A stretch of DNA of 64,000 bases, from the NCBI GenBank assembly GCA_003707115.1, contig PPNB01000010.1:124001-188000 (forward strand), given 5' to 3'. Below, one piece after another: positions 43,789 to 53,942 of this stretch (positions are counted from its first letter, which is position 1; every line of letters starts with the position of its first letter). The notes beneath the pieces were generated by a model. That model did not search any database and was not told the origin of the DNA. It worked only from the letters and a program-made list of their open reading frames with translations. Source of the DNA: Tortispora ganteri. Its lineage: Eukaryota. Made by a program: the position numbers and the translations under genes.

Positions 43789-44703
43789 TTATACTTTAAA
43801 GAATTCTGAAGATCTCACGTCTAAGAGACTAATAGTATTTGTCATAGGGTTGCCTGCTGTATCAACATCTAAATACTTCAATTCTGTGATGCCAAGCGAC
43901 TCTGCATAATCCAGAACTTTGTCGTACGAGTACCCCAAGTGTGCAACTCCATGGCTGTCATCTGAAAGACAGAAATGTCCTCCATTCGCCTTAATATACT
44001 CAGCTACGTCCACATAAGGATAAGGAGTACTCCAACCTTTGCGCAAAGCAGCTGCATTCAATTCGAAGATACCACCGTAGTTCACAATATAATCGATATT
44101 TCTTTTTGCGAGCTGCCATACTTCGCTGTTTAATTCGCTCAGCCTAACAAAACGCTCCTTCTCAGGTGCCTTTAGGCGGATCAGATCAAAGTGACCTACA
44201 ACCGGTGGGTTCAAGCACTTAAGCATTTCGTACTGTTCGTTAAAGTAGCATTTGAAAAGTTCGATCACTCCGCCACATAGATCAGCAGCTTTGTTCCACT
44301 GAACTTCATCGTAATCTATGGGAATTGTCTTCACAAAATGGATAGACCCAACAAACATATCGAATTTGTATTTCTGCATTAGCTGCTTGATATACGCAGC
44401 ATACTGAGGCCGTATGAAGTCAACTTCAAACCCTACAAGTATTTTTGTAGTATTGCTGATATCTCTGTTTGTCTTATTTCTCACTTCACACGCGTATTTA
44501 TAGTAGTTGTCAAAAGTTTGCGCCAGATCATCAGGTTTAAGACCACTCTCTTCTGGATACAGCTCATCCAAGAAAAGCCTGGGCATGTGCTCTGTTAAGC
44601 AGAAGATCGTGTACTTCTTTTTGACTGCCGCTGCAATTACGTCAGCTAAAGTGTCAACCGCATGTCCACAGAACTGCCCGCTATGGCTGTGGTGTGTGTG
44701 CAT
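43789..44703 (-). CDS. HIS2: Histidinol-phosphatase (PHP family)
   Basis: MHTHHSHSGQFC, LTEHMPR, VGSIH, VGHFDLI and LSDDSH motifs. Confidence 0.95.
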   Translation of the reverse strand: MHTHHSHSGQFCGHAVDTLADVIAAAVKKKYTIFCLTEHMPRLFLDELYPEESGLKPDDLAQTFDNYYKYACEVRNKTNRDISNTTKILVGFEVDFIRPQYAAYIKQLMQKYKFDMFVGSIHFVKTIPIDYDEVQWNKAADLCGGVIELFKCYFNEQYEMLKCLNPPVVGHFDLIRLKAPEKERFVRLSELNSEVWQLAKRNIDYIVNYGGIFELNAAALRKGWSTPYPYVDVAEYIKANGGHFCLSDDSHGVAHLGYSYDKVLDYAESLGITELKYLDVDTAGNPMTNTISLLDVRSSEFFKV

Positions 44704-45126
44704 TAGTTCGCGATCTACAAGCGTCCGCTTAACTTATACTTGCAAAGTAGCAAAATCTAATGGCGCTTGAAATCGATAATTGCCCTAACCCTATAGTTTT
44801 GGCGGCATTAGACTAGTTACGCACCGCAGGGCACCAAAAATGACTCTAACTAGAGCTTATAGGTGCTTAGTAAAGCGCATCCTAAGCGTATGAAATTATT
44901 GCGACCCACAACGTAGTGTTTTTCAAAGTTTGTACTAGCGATATGACTGCTCATAAAGTCGTATACCCTTTCAATAGCCAAGCATCAGTAATGGCATTGT
45001 AGAGGCAAACATGACATTGCTGAACATCGAAAACCAGGTTATGAACATCGCCATTCGCTTACGTTCAGCCAGCGGTTTAAAAAGATTACCTCTTCATTAA
45101 GTTTCACAACGTGGCGAGCAGTTTAT

Positions 45127-45135
45127 GTGAGTCAT
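45127..45135. promoter_or_regulatory. Gcn4/AP-1-type site upstream of HIS2
   Basis: GTGAGTCAT (ATGACTCAC on the minus strand); a second ATGACTC lies at 44840-44846. Confidence 0.5.
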
Positions 45136-45390
45136 TGTTGAGAAGAGAACGCGTGGACGTTACACAAAGACAAAACTTTAATTTAATCTAACACGTAACG
45201 GTCATATAGAGATGCTCAGTCTCGCTAATTGCTCCCCTTTCAGGCATCAAGCGAGGATAACGTCCTACTTGGGCCACATGCGTGTTACTTTGCGAAATTG
45301 AATAATATCCCAGGGTAGTCGGCCTTATAAACGCAAATTATTTTCTCACTCTTCAGGGAAGCAGTGGTCTTTAGTTGCCAGCAGGGTTCC

Positions 45391-45408
45391 GAAACTTCTA
45401 GAAATTTC
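45391..45408. promoter_or_regulatory. Heat-shock element upstream of KAR2
   Basis: GAAacTTCtaGAAatTTC, four alternating nGAAn units; TATA-like element at ~45482. Confidence 0.75.
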
Positions 45409-45598
45409 CGGGGGGTCGCGGATAGGGTTTTACCCTAATAGGGAAGTAAGGCCAGAGTGTTCAATTGGGCCCCTTGAGCTCATATATAATGAAGTGAAAG
45501 TTATTCCTTGTACGCGTTCTTGATATCCTTTTCTTTCTTATATTATAATATCTCGTTTATTTCTTTTTCTTTTTGTACATAAGAAACAAAGAACAAAC

Positions 45599-47593
45599 AT
45601 GCAAAGAAGTTGGGGTTTGTTTTTTTACGGCATAATAGCTCTATTGCTGCCTTTGTTCGCTTCTCTCTCAGGCTCAAATGCCTTTGCAGTAGCTGACACT
45701 GAAGATTATGGCACTGTAATTGGCATTGATCTTGGTACTACTTACTCTTGTGTCGGTGTTATGAAGAGTGGAAGAGTAGAAATATTGGCTAATGATCAGG
45801 GTAACCGTATCACACCCTCTTACGTAGCATTCACTAGTGATGGTGAACGTCTTATTGGCGATGCTGCTAAGAATCAGGCTCCTAATAACCCAAAGAATAC
45901 TATCTTCGATATTAAGCGTTTGATAGGTTTGAAGTATAAAGACAAGACTGTTCAGAATGACTTAAAACATCTTCCCTACAAGGTCGTCAACAAAGACAAT
46001 AAGCCTGCTGTTCAGGTCCAAGTCGGTGGTGAAGAGAAGACTTTCACTCCTGAAGAAATTTCTGCTATGGTCCTTGGAAAGATGAAAGAGATAGCTGAGT
46101 CTTATCTTGGAAAGAAAGTTACTCACGCCGTCGTTACTGTTCCTGCATATTTCAACGATGCTCAACGTCAAGCTACCAAGGATGCTGGTACTATCGCTGG
46201 CCTTAATGTTTTGCGTATTGTCAACGAACCTACTGCCGCTGCTATTGCCTATGGTCTGGATAAGAAAGATGGCGAACGCCAAATTATTGTTTACGATCTT
46301 GGTGGTGGTACCTTTGATGTTTCACTCCTCTCAATTGAAGGTGGTGTCTTTGAAGTCCGTGCCACTGCTGGTGATACTCATTTGGGTGGTGAGGATTTTG
46401 ATAATCGTATTATCAAATACTTTGCTGATCAATTCAAGGCTAAAACTGGCACCGATGTCACTAAGAATGCTCGTGCCATGGGTAAACTCAAACGTGAAGC
46501 TGAAAAGGCTAAGAGACTCTTGTCCTCTCAAACATCCGTCCGTGTTGAAATTGATGCTTTTATTGATGGTGAAGACTTTTCTGAGACTTTAAGTCGTGCT
46601 AAATTTGAAGAACTTAACAATGATTTGTTCAAGAAGACTCTCAAGCCTGTTGAACAAGTCTTAAAGGATGCCGGTGTAAAGAAATCTGAAATTGATGACA
46701 TTGTCCTCGTTGGTGGATCTACTCGTATCCCTAAGGTTCAAGCACTCCTTGAGGACTTTTTCAATGGAAAGAAGGCATCTAAGGGCATTAACCCTGATGA
46801 AGCTGTTGCTTACGGTGCTACTGTCCAAGGAGGTGTGCTGTCTGGAGAGGAAGGTGTTGATGATATTGTATTATTGGATGTTAACGCTCTCACATTAGGC
46901 ATTGAGGTTTCTGGAGGTGTCATGTCAAAACTTATTGGACGCAACACCGCCATTCCTACTCGCAAGTCTCAGATCTTCTCTACTGCTGCTGATAACCAGC
47001 AAACAGTGCTGATCCAAGTCTATGAAGGTGAGCGTGCTATGTGCAAAGATAACAATTTACTTGGTAAGTTTGAATTGACTGGCATTCCACCAGCTCCTCG
47101 TGGTGTTCCTCAGATTGAAGTGACATTTGAGTTGGACGCTAATGGAATCTTGAAGGTATCAGCTACCGACAAGGGCACCGGTAAGAGCGAGAGCATTACC
47201 ATTACCAACGACAAGGGCCGCCTTTCCAAGGAGGAGATTGATCGTATGGTTGAAGAGGCTGAGAAATATGCTGAGCAAGATTCTGCTCTACGCGACCGCA
47301 TTGAAGCTCGCAACGGACTTGAAATGTATGCGACTTCATTGCGTAACCAAGCAATGGATCCTTCAGGATTTGGTGGTAACATTGATGAAGAAGACAAGGA
47401 CACTATACTTGAGGCTGTTAAAGAGACCATTGAATGGCTTAACGATAATCCTGAAGCCGATAAAGAAGAAATTGAGGAGCAGAAAGAAAAGCTGAGTGCA
47501 GTTGCTTACCCGATAACCAGCAAGATGTATGCTGGAGCTAATGGCGGTGAGGATTACGATGACTACGATGATTTTGATCACGACGAACTTTGA
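45599..47593 (+). CDS. KAR2: ER Hsp70 chaperone BiP
   Basis: Signal peptide, GIDLGTTYS, Hsp70 signatures and a C-terminal HDEL. Confidence 0.99.
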   Translation: MQRSWGLFFYGIIALLLPLFASLSGSNAFAVADTEDYGTVIGIDLGTTYSCVGVMKSGRVEILANDQGNRITPSYVAFTSDGERLIGDAAKNQAPNNPKNTIFDIKRLIGLKYKDKTVQNDLKHLPYKVVNKDNKPAVQVQVGGEEKTFTPEEISAMVLGKMKEIAESYLGKKVTHAVVTVPAYFNDAQRQATKDAGTIAGLNVLRIVNEPTAAAIAYGLDKKDGERQIIVYDLGGGTFDVSLLSIEGGVFEVRATAGDTHLGGEDFDNRIIKYFADQFKAKTGTDVTKNARAMGKLKREAEKAKRLLSSQTSVRVEIDAFIDGEDFSETLSRAKFEELNNDLFKKTLKPVEQVLKDAGVKKSEIDDIVLVGGSTRIPKVQALLEDFFNGKKASKGINPDEAVAYGATVQGGVLSGEEGVDDIVLLDVNALTLGIEVSGGVMSKLIGRNTAIPTRKSQIFSTAADNQQTVLIQVYEGERAMCKDNNLLGKFELTGIPPAPRGVPQIEVTFELDANGILKVSATDKGTGKSESITITNDKGRLSKEEIDRMVEEAEKYAEQDSALRDRIEARNGLEMYATSLRNQAMDPSGFGGNIDEEDKDTILEAVKETIEWLNDNPEADKEEIEEQKEKLSAVAYPITSKMYAGANGGEDYDDYDDFDHDEL

Positions 47594-47802
47594 ACAGTCT
47601 GTATGAATATGGACTGCTTTGGAGTACATCTTTTTCATAAAAAAAAAGGCGCACAATACTGCATGTTATTAAAGGAACTATAGAATCTATGCTTGTTCTT
47701 AGTTAGATATTATTATAATAGATTATTGTTATAGCAAGTAAAAGTAAACCTCCCATCAGACACAGATATATCTGGGCCTTTTTTGGATTTTTGTACTATA
47801 CA

Positions 47803-48534
47803 ATGGCTGCAGCAGAACAACGCAGATTATTAGAACAGCTTATGGGGAACAATGAAGATGTTTCTAAGCTCTCTTTAAGTAGTCCTGAGCTATGCCCTTA
47901 CTATTTGGTTGGGGAGTGCGTGTATGATCTATTTCAATCTACTAAGATGGAACTAGGTCGGTGTCCCAGAATTCATAGCAAATCTCACAAAGAGCAGTTC
48001 TCAAAGCTACCAAGGAATGATCCGCTTGTTAGAAGGATTGAGTATGAGTATCTGAATATGGCACATAAGTATATATCGGATTCTAACAGGCGGAGGGACA
48101 CAATGCAGCGGAGACTCGAGAAGACTCCTGAAGAAGTTGTCAAGACAAAATCGCTAGTATCGCAATTAGAGTCATTTGAGGCAGAAGAACAGGCATTACT
48201 TGAAGAAGCTGCTGTTTTTGGAGAGATCGGTTATTTAGACAGAGTTCTAGATCTAATAACTGAAGCCAATAAGAATGCTGAAACAAGAGACTCGCTTGAG
48301 CATCAACTGAGACTGTTACAAGAGAAATCTGGCACATCAGGTTCGCAAAAATTACATACATGTCATATTTGTAGTGGCTATTTGTCTACATTGGATCACG
48401 AAACGAGACTATTAGGACATTTTACCGGAAAGCTGCACAGAGGTATGGCTTATTTACGCCAAACTGAAGATCGTCTGAGATCCACCTACCCTAACTGGGA
48501 ACCTTCTAGACCTGGAAAGAGATCACATTCGTGA
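47803..48534 (+). CDS. LUC7: U1 snRNP protein Luc7
   Basis: AEQRRLLEQLMG; zinc fingers CPYYLVGEC...C..IH and CHIC...HFTGKLH; ATG at 47803. Confidence 0.92.
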   Translation: MAAAEQRRLLEQLMGNNEDVSKLSLSSPELCPYYLVGECVYDLFQSTKMELGRCPRIHSKSHKEQFSKLPRNDPLVRRIEYEYLNMAHKYISDSNRRRDTMQRRLEKTPEEVVKTKSLVSQLESFEAEEQALLEEAAVFGEIGYLDRVLDLITEANKNAETRDSLEHQLRLLQEKSGTSGSQKLHTCHICSGYLSTLDHETRLLGHFTGKLHRGMAYLRQTEDRLRSTYPNWEPSRPGKRSHS

Positions 48535-48662
48535 AGTTTATGAATATTGCTACTTTGACTAAATTTTGATTACTTCGAAGGCACTTATAGTTCGTTCTTT
48601 CTCCTTCCATCATACAACTCTACCTTGTCACAGATTTTCTGCCTTTCCCAACCTAAACTTCA

Positions 48663-50696
48663 ATGACCGCAGAGCAAAGAACATCTGCAAAGCCCCTTGT
48701 TCAGGCTAACGGACGGTCTCAACGACAAATAGAAATAGATCAGCTGAAAAGGCGGTACAAAGTCACAGAAAATAGCGATCAATCTCTAAGGTTTGCATTC
48801 CCTCCTTCAGATCCTGACTTCCCTTATGAAATCTCTAATTTACAGCTAAGACTTTATGTCCCCGAAGACTATCCTCAGTCCATTCCTCACATCTCCGTGT
48901 TGAACACAAATATACCGCTTGGTTACTCTTTAAATATTGAGAAAGGATTCACTGCAATTCTTACGAAAGCTAAGGAGCAAAACTATCATCTTCCCCTGCT
49001 CCGTGTTATAGCGAATTTAGACCGACGCCTTGAAGAGTTCTTAAAGTTGCCCCCGTCAACTGTTATAAAAGTGCAAAAACCTCCGGATCCTGTTGTTGCT
49101 CAGTCGAATAAGACACAGCAGAATTCCAAATCATTAGCAAATACTGAACACCCTGCCTCTTCTAACACGAAAACCGTCCCCACTCCGAAAAGGGATGTCT
49201 CCCATACAGAAAAACTAGCGGCTCAAGCTCTTAGACAGCGCGAAATAAGGCTCTTGCTTTCTAGGATCAAGAATGCTAGACTTGTTGAGAAACATCCAGG
49301 CACTTCTTCAAATGAAGAATGGTATATCATACCCTTACAACCTCCTTCATACATTCGAAGCCATCTCTCCCCAGCCCTTGCAGGCATAAAATCCGTTCGT
49401 CTATGTGTTCCATACGCTTACAACTTAGAACCTCCTCGAATAAGTATACTTGGCAATTCATCTCCTGAGACTAAAACAGCTGAATATAAATTCAATCAGA
49501 AAGCAGCCAGCGTGAGGAACATGTCACTGCTTGCCCTCTTGAACTACTTCTACGAATCACTACCAGAACTTGCGATCAAAGCTGATTCAAATACAGCAGA
49601 AGAATATAACTCTAATGATCATCATGATCAAAATTCTAAGTACATTGTGCCTGATTGGCTTGAAGACGACGACGACAGTGAGGACAGTGAGGATAACAAT
49701 AGTGACGGTGGCCACGCAACTGATGGTACTTATTCTGACATTGAATCAGATGGCTCTTCCGAGTCAGAGATTGGAACGACGTCTAATACTGAAGAACCTC
49801 CAGTACCACAAATAGAGTCTATTAAAGAGCTACATGATGAAGTTGGGCGACCTAGTGGAGGTGTGGCAATAGACTTACCTGGGATTAAGCTAACTGGAAT
49901 TGCGATCCTACAATACTCATCCTTGAACTTAGTGGTTCGTTGTCGAAGATGCAAAACCACCACAGATATTGAAAAACTACACTCAACTAATCCACAAACA
50001 AAGAGTCCATCTGTTCTAAGCACAGCAACCTGTCCACAGTGCTCTCTAGTACTTTCTGCTCGGTTCTATCCTGAATTTGTTCATGAGCATTCGCTGAGAC
50101 TAGGGTACTTGGAGTTGGAGAATTGTTCGGTAGTTGATTTGCTACCGAGCAACTATATATGTACTTGCATGGAGTGTTCGGAGATGTATACTAGCGGGAT
50201 TAAAGGATTGTACATAGGACAGCCAAGGACGGTCATCTGTCGCTCTTGCCATGCGAAGATGTCTGTTAGTTTAAATGGTTTTAAGGTTGTAAATCAAGGG
50301 CCTGAAGACATCACATTGAAACTGAGAAAGAAAGAGAAAGAAAACCTACATTTAGTGGCAGGGAGTCCTTTACCTCAAAAGGGAGTGTGCAAGCACTACC
50401 GACGGTCCACTAGATGGTTCAGGTTTTCGTGTTGCAAGAGAGTATTCCCTTGTGACAGGTGTCATAACGAAAAGACAGATCACATGAACGAATTTGCGAC
50501 GCGTATGATATGTGGTGCATGCTCGATAGAGCAGCCTTTTAAGCAGGATTATTGCATACACTGCAAGCATCATTTTGTGAAGAAGAGCTCTGGGTTCTGG
50601 GAAGGAGGAAAAGGAACCCGAGACAAAGTCGCGATGTCTAGACGAGATCCACGCAAGTACAAACGAATTGGCAACAGCAGCAGCAGCAATAAATGA
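48663..50696 (+). CDS. CHY zinc-finger protein with RWD/UBC-like N-terminal repeats and CxxC ribbons
   Basis: PSDPDFPYE..LYVPEDYP; several CxxC pairs; CKHYRRSTRWFRFSCCKRVFPCDRCH CHY motif; FWEGGKGTRD tail. Confidence 0.8.
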   Translation: MTAEQRTSAKPLVQANGRSQRQIEIDQLKRRYKVTENSDQSLRFAFPPSDPDFPYEISNLQLRLYVPEDYPQSIPHISVLNTNIPLGYSLNIEKGFTAILTKAKEQNYHLPLLRVIANLDRRLEEFLKLPPSTVIKVQKPPDPVVAQSNKTQQNSKSLANTEHPASSNTKTVPTPKRDVSHTEKLAAQALRQREIRLLLSRIKNARLVEKHPGTSSNEEWYIIPLQPPSYIRSHLSPALAGIKSVRLCVPYAYNLEPPRISILGNSSPETKTAEYKFNQKAASVRNMSLLALLNYFYESLPELAIKADSNTAEEYNSNDHHDQNSKYIVPDWLEDDDDSEDSEDNNSDGGHATDGTYSDIESDGSSESEIGTTSNTEEPPVPQIESIKELHDEVGRPSGGVAIDLPGIKLTGIAILQYSSLNLVVRCRRCKTTTDIEKLHSTNPQTKSPSVLSTATCPQCSLVLSARFYPEFVHEHSLRLGYLELENCSVVDLLPSNYICTCMECSEMYTSGIKGLYIGQPRTVICRSCHAKMSVSLNGFKVVNQGPEDITLKLRKKEKENLHLVAGSPLPQKGVCKHYRRSTRWFRFSCCKRVFPCDRCHNEKTDHMNEFATRMICGACSIEQPFKQDYCIHCKHHFVKKSSGFWEGGKGTRDKVAMSRRDPRKYKRIGNSSSSNK

Positions 50697-50712
50697 TTTA
50701 ATAATATGGATG

Positions 50713-51661
50713 CTAATCTGCTTCTTCAAGTTTTCTGCTGACGGAAGCAGCAATGTCTTTGTAATGCTTTGATATTGTGCCAGTTTTGTCTGCGATGACT
50801 ATGGGTGTTCCCTTATCTGAATTAAAGCATATGGATTCTGCCAAAGGAATTGAACCTAAGACGTCAATATTTTGCTTTTCCGCTTCCTTTATAGCGCCGT
50901 CTGAACCAAAAATGTGCGATTCATGGTTGCAATTTGGACATATGAACATACTCATGTTCTGAACTAGACCTAATACTGGCACGTGTACTTTGTGGAACAT
51001 GTTTATGCCTTTTATTGCGTCTATAAGTGCTATATCCTGCGGTGTAGATACTATTATAGCACCATCTATAACCAGCTGTTGCGTAAGGGTAAGTTGAGTG
51101 TCACCTGTACCAGGAGGCATGTCAATGACCAGGTAGTCAAGGCCATCCCACTCAACTTCGTAGATCAATTGCTGCAGAGCTTTCATAACCATAAGCCCTC
51201 TCCATGCTACAGGTGCATCTTCACCAACAAGATATCCCATTGAAATGGTTTTAACGCCGTAATTTGAGAGCGGGATCAGACGGTTGTTCTTAGAAAGCCT
51301 GGGTTCACCTTGAAGGTTCATAAGTTTAGGAATAGACGGACCAAAAATATCAGCATCGAGCAGCCCAACTCGTTTCCCTTGCAATGCCAGAGCTACTGCA
51401 GTATTCGCTGATACCGTTGATTTTCCAACCCCTCCTTTAGCAGAAGATACGGCAACAATTTTGTCTACATTTGGCAATTTCCGCTTCTCGGGTATACCGC
51501 GTTGCATTCTCGGGATAGTGGGTTTTCCATCGGTTCTGTTCCTTGGAATACCCTAATATTGTCAGTAACTGTTCATTCAAGATTCTAATAATACTTACAA
51601 GTGGATTCTCATGTGATCTTAGAACTCTTTTAGTGGAAAATTGTCTGTATCGACGGATCAT
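50713..51661 (-). CDS. IND1: Mitochondrial P-loop Fe-S scaffold Ind1/NUBPL, two exons
   Basis: Exon 1 51661-51599 (MIRRY...SHENPL); intron 51598-51553 (GTAAGT..TACTGAC..TAG, 46 nt); exon 2 GIPR...GGVGKST, DADIFGPS, WRG, DMPPGTGD, CPNC. Confidence 0.92.
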
Positions 51662-51776
51662 ATGTGGTGGAAAAAGGCAAAAAATCCAAGTGTGAAGCTT
51701 ATTGATATTCTATACTAAATGTTGTAATATGTGATATTTATGAAAAAAGTTGTAGATAGAAGCGAAGTTGCTAAAC

Positions 51777-53486
51777 TCATGCAGAAGCATAAGCTTCGGC
51801 TTTAGCTTTAGCAGTAGTAACATAATTAGACGTTCCAATGTAATCAGATACCACTGCTAATACGTCATTAACAAAATCGGGCTCTGTAGCCTTGTTCACC
51901 ACGTCCGATGCATACTTCTTGTATTCAGTAAAAATTCTAGCAAGCATATCGGATCCATCTTTAGAGCCTTGAATAGCGTTTAATATTTCTGAATAACTAG
52001 GAAGTTCGGCATTTGAATGCATGCTCCGTATTCTTTCCTGAAATCTCTTTGTAATATCGTTCACCAAATTAGCAAAATTATTCCGCTGTATCGCCCAGAT
52101 AGTATTATCCCCGATCCGCAAGGTTTCAAAAAACGATTTCTGATAATCAGGAATCTTAAGATTACTCCACCAATCTCCTTTTTCCATTATACGGTTCGCA
52201 GGCTTTTCTTCTCCTTCGTCATTTTTGACCTTTTCATCTTTTTCATCAGGGCGCTTTAGTCTAACCTGATAACCACCGTAGTTTTTGAGAAGCAAGTTAT
52301 TATCAGATTCAAAAAGATTTGGGATTGTTCCCTCAGCCGCTGTTTTCTTTATCAGAGGCCAAATATCTTCAGGAGGGTTTCCAAATCCAAGATAGGTAGC
52401 TGCCACTCCAGCAACATGCGGAGATGACATTGATGAGCCAGACATATAACCTAACTTGCCTCCAGGTAAAGTAGATAATATATCAGTGCCCGGAGCCCAT
52501 ATGTCTACGCAAGGCCCATAAGACGAACCACTTTCGCCAATTGCACGTGCTCCACTTCGGTCTATATTTCCAACTATTATCAGACTTTTGGTGTTATATC
52601 CAGGAAGGGAGGAACAGGCCGTAGAACCCGTGTTTCCAGCAGCAGCAACGTAAACAAATCCTGCTTCTACCAAAGCATCTTGGATACTTTCTAGAGCGTC
52701 GTTCAAACCATCGCAGTAAACCGAAAAGTTGATAACGCATTTGTTGCAGTCCTTGTAATTTTCGTATAGATAACTGTGGCCCCTTATAACATTACTCATG
52801 GCTCCACGTCCACTATCCTCAAGAACACGAATACCTATTATCTTAGCCTTAGGCGCGACACCAAAATCTTTAGATGCCACAATACCAGCAACATGCGTAC
52901 CATGCACGCCATTAGTAGGCGAACTGTCATAACTGTTGTAGCCTATCGAGGCCCTTCCTTCAAATTGAGGATGAGATATATCAATTCCTCCGTCTATAAC
53001 AAAAACAGTCACGTCGGCGCCTGCATTAGGATCAGCAACATAAACAGAATCGTCAGCTTCATCTTCTGAATTATGAGAAATTCGACCCAGTCCCCAGTTA
53101 AATAATTCGTCACCGCCATTTACTGCAGTAATCGGAGCGCTTGAAGTCACGAACTGATCCGGATATACCTGCTCAACGTCGGGAGAAGACTTGATCTTTT
53201 CAATAGCCTCTTCATCAAAAATACCAGTATATCCCTTAACCGTTCCAAACTCGAATTCGGAAAATTGCCTCACCGTGATCTGTTCTCCAGAAGACGAAGA
53301 GACCATAACCTCATCGCGGTCTTCAAGAGATGCCGCTTTCGCTTGTTGAACCTCGGGTACATGAACAAAATGATCTTTCAGTTCAACGTCTTGTTTGAGT
53401 CGGATAATGTATCCATTAGGGACCACTTCAGTAGATAAGGCAGTATAGGCATATGAAGCAAATAATAATAAAATATTGTACTTCAT
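51777..53486 (-). CDS. Secreted subtilisin-like serine protease (S8, I9 propeptide) with a long C-terminal extension
   Basis: Signal peptide MKYNILLLFASYAYTALS; triad motifs VIDGG, HGTHVAG and SGSSMSSPHVAG; AAGN oxyanion motif; ATG at 53486. Confidence 0.92.
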   Translation of the reverse strand: MKYNILLLFASYAYTALSTEVVPNGYIIRLKQDVELKDHFVHVPEVQQAKAASLEDRDEVMVSSSSGEQITVRQFSEFEFGTVKGYTGIFDEEAIEKIKSSPDVEQVYPDQFVTSSAPITAVNGGDELFNWGLGRISHNSEDEADDSVYVADPNAGADVTVFVIDGGIDISHPQFEGRASIGYNSYDSSPTNGVHGTHVAGIVASKDFGVAPKAKIIGIRVLEDSGRGAMSNVIRGHSYLYENYKDCNKCVINFSVYCDGLNDALESIQDALVEAGFVYVAAAGNTGSTACSSLPGYNTKSLIIVGNIDRSGARAIGESGSSYGPCVDIWAPGTDILSTLPGGKLGYMSGSSMSSPHVAGVAATYLGFGNPPEDIWPLIKKTAAEGTIPNLFESDNNLLLKNYGGYQVRLKRPDEKDEKVKNDEGEEKPANRIMEKGDWWSNLKIPDYQKSFFETLRIGDNTIWAIQRNNFANLVNDITKRFQERIRSMHSNAELPSYSEILNAIQGSKDGSDMLARIFTEYKKYASDVVNKATEPDFVNDVLAVVSDYIGTSNYVTTAKAKAEAYASA

Positions 53487-53942
53487 TGTTTTGATGATTT
53501 GAAACAGATCAAAAGCATGCACTATATATATGTTTCAGCAAATAGCTGAAATATTTACTGAATAGCAACATTTAAGCCAGATAAATGATTATTATAACCA
53601 AAATATTACAGTCTGTCAGCTTCTTAGCCATAATTGCCCATTTTAAGTAACTGTATGTAATTCATGAGTTGACAAAATCCGAGAGTCGGGTAACTAAACA
53701 ATGTGCTGCAAATTTCAGTAAAATCAGGCTCATTATGTGTGATTTACCTGTATGAGGATAAAATACTAAGAGTAATAGTTTCCTCATATTCTCAGTACCT
53801 TTTTAATTAGACCCTTTCCTGTGAGTAAGCGAATACTGGCAGCCAAATTCGGTCAGGGTTCTGATGGCTTCCGAAAAGTAGAACAACATATATCACTCCG
53901 AGAGTTAAACTAGGCTAATTAAGTACCCAAACAGAATATTGC

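Noticed and set aside
44783..44793. CCCTAACCCTA as a telomerase RNA template or telomere relic
   Set aside because: Under two repeats, 80 nt from the HIS2 start inside a divergent promoter; a Tbf1-like site is simpler.
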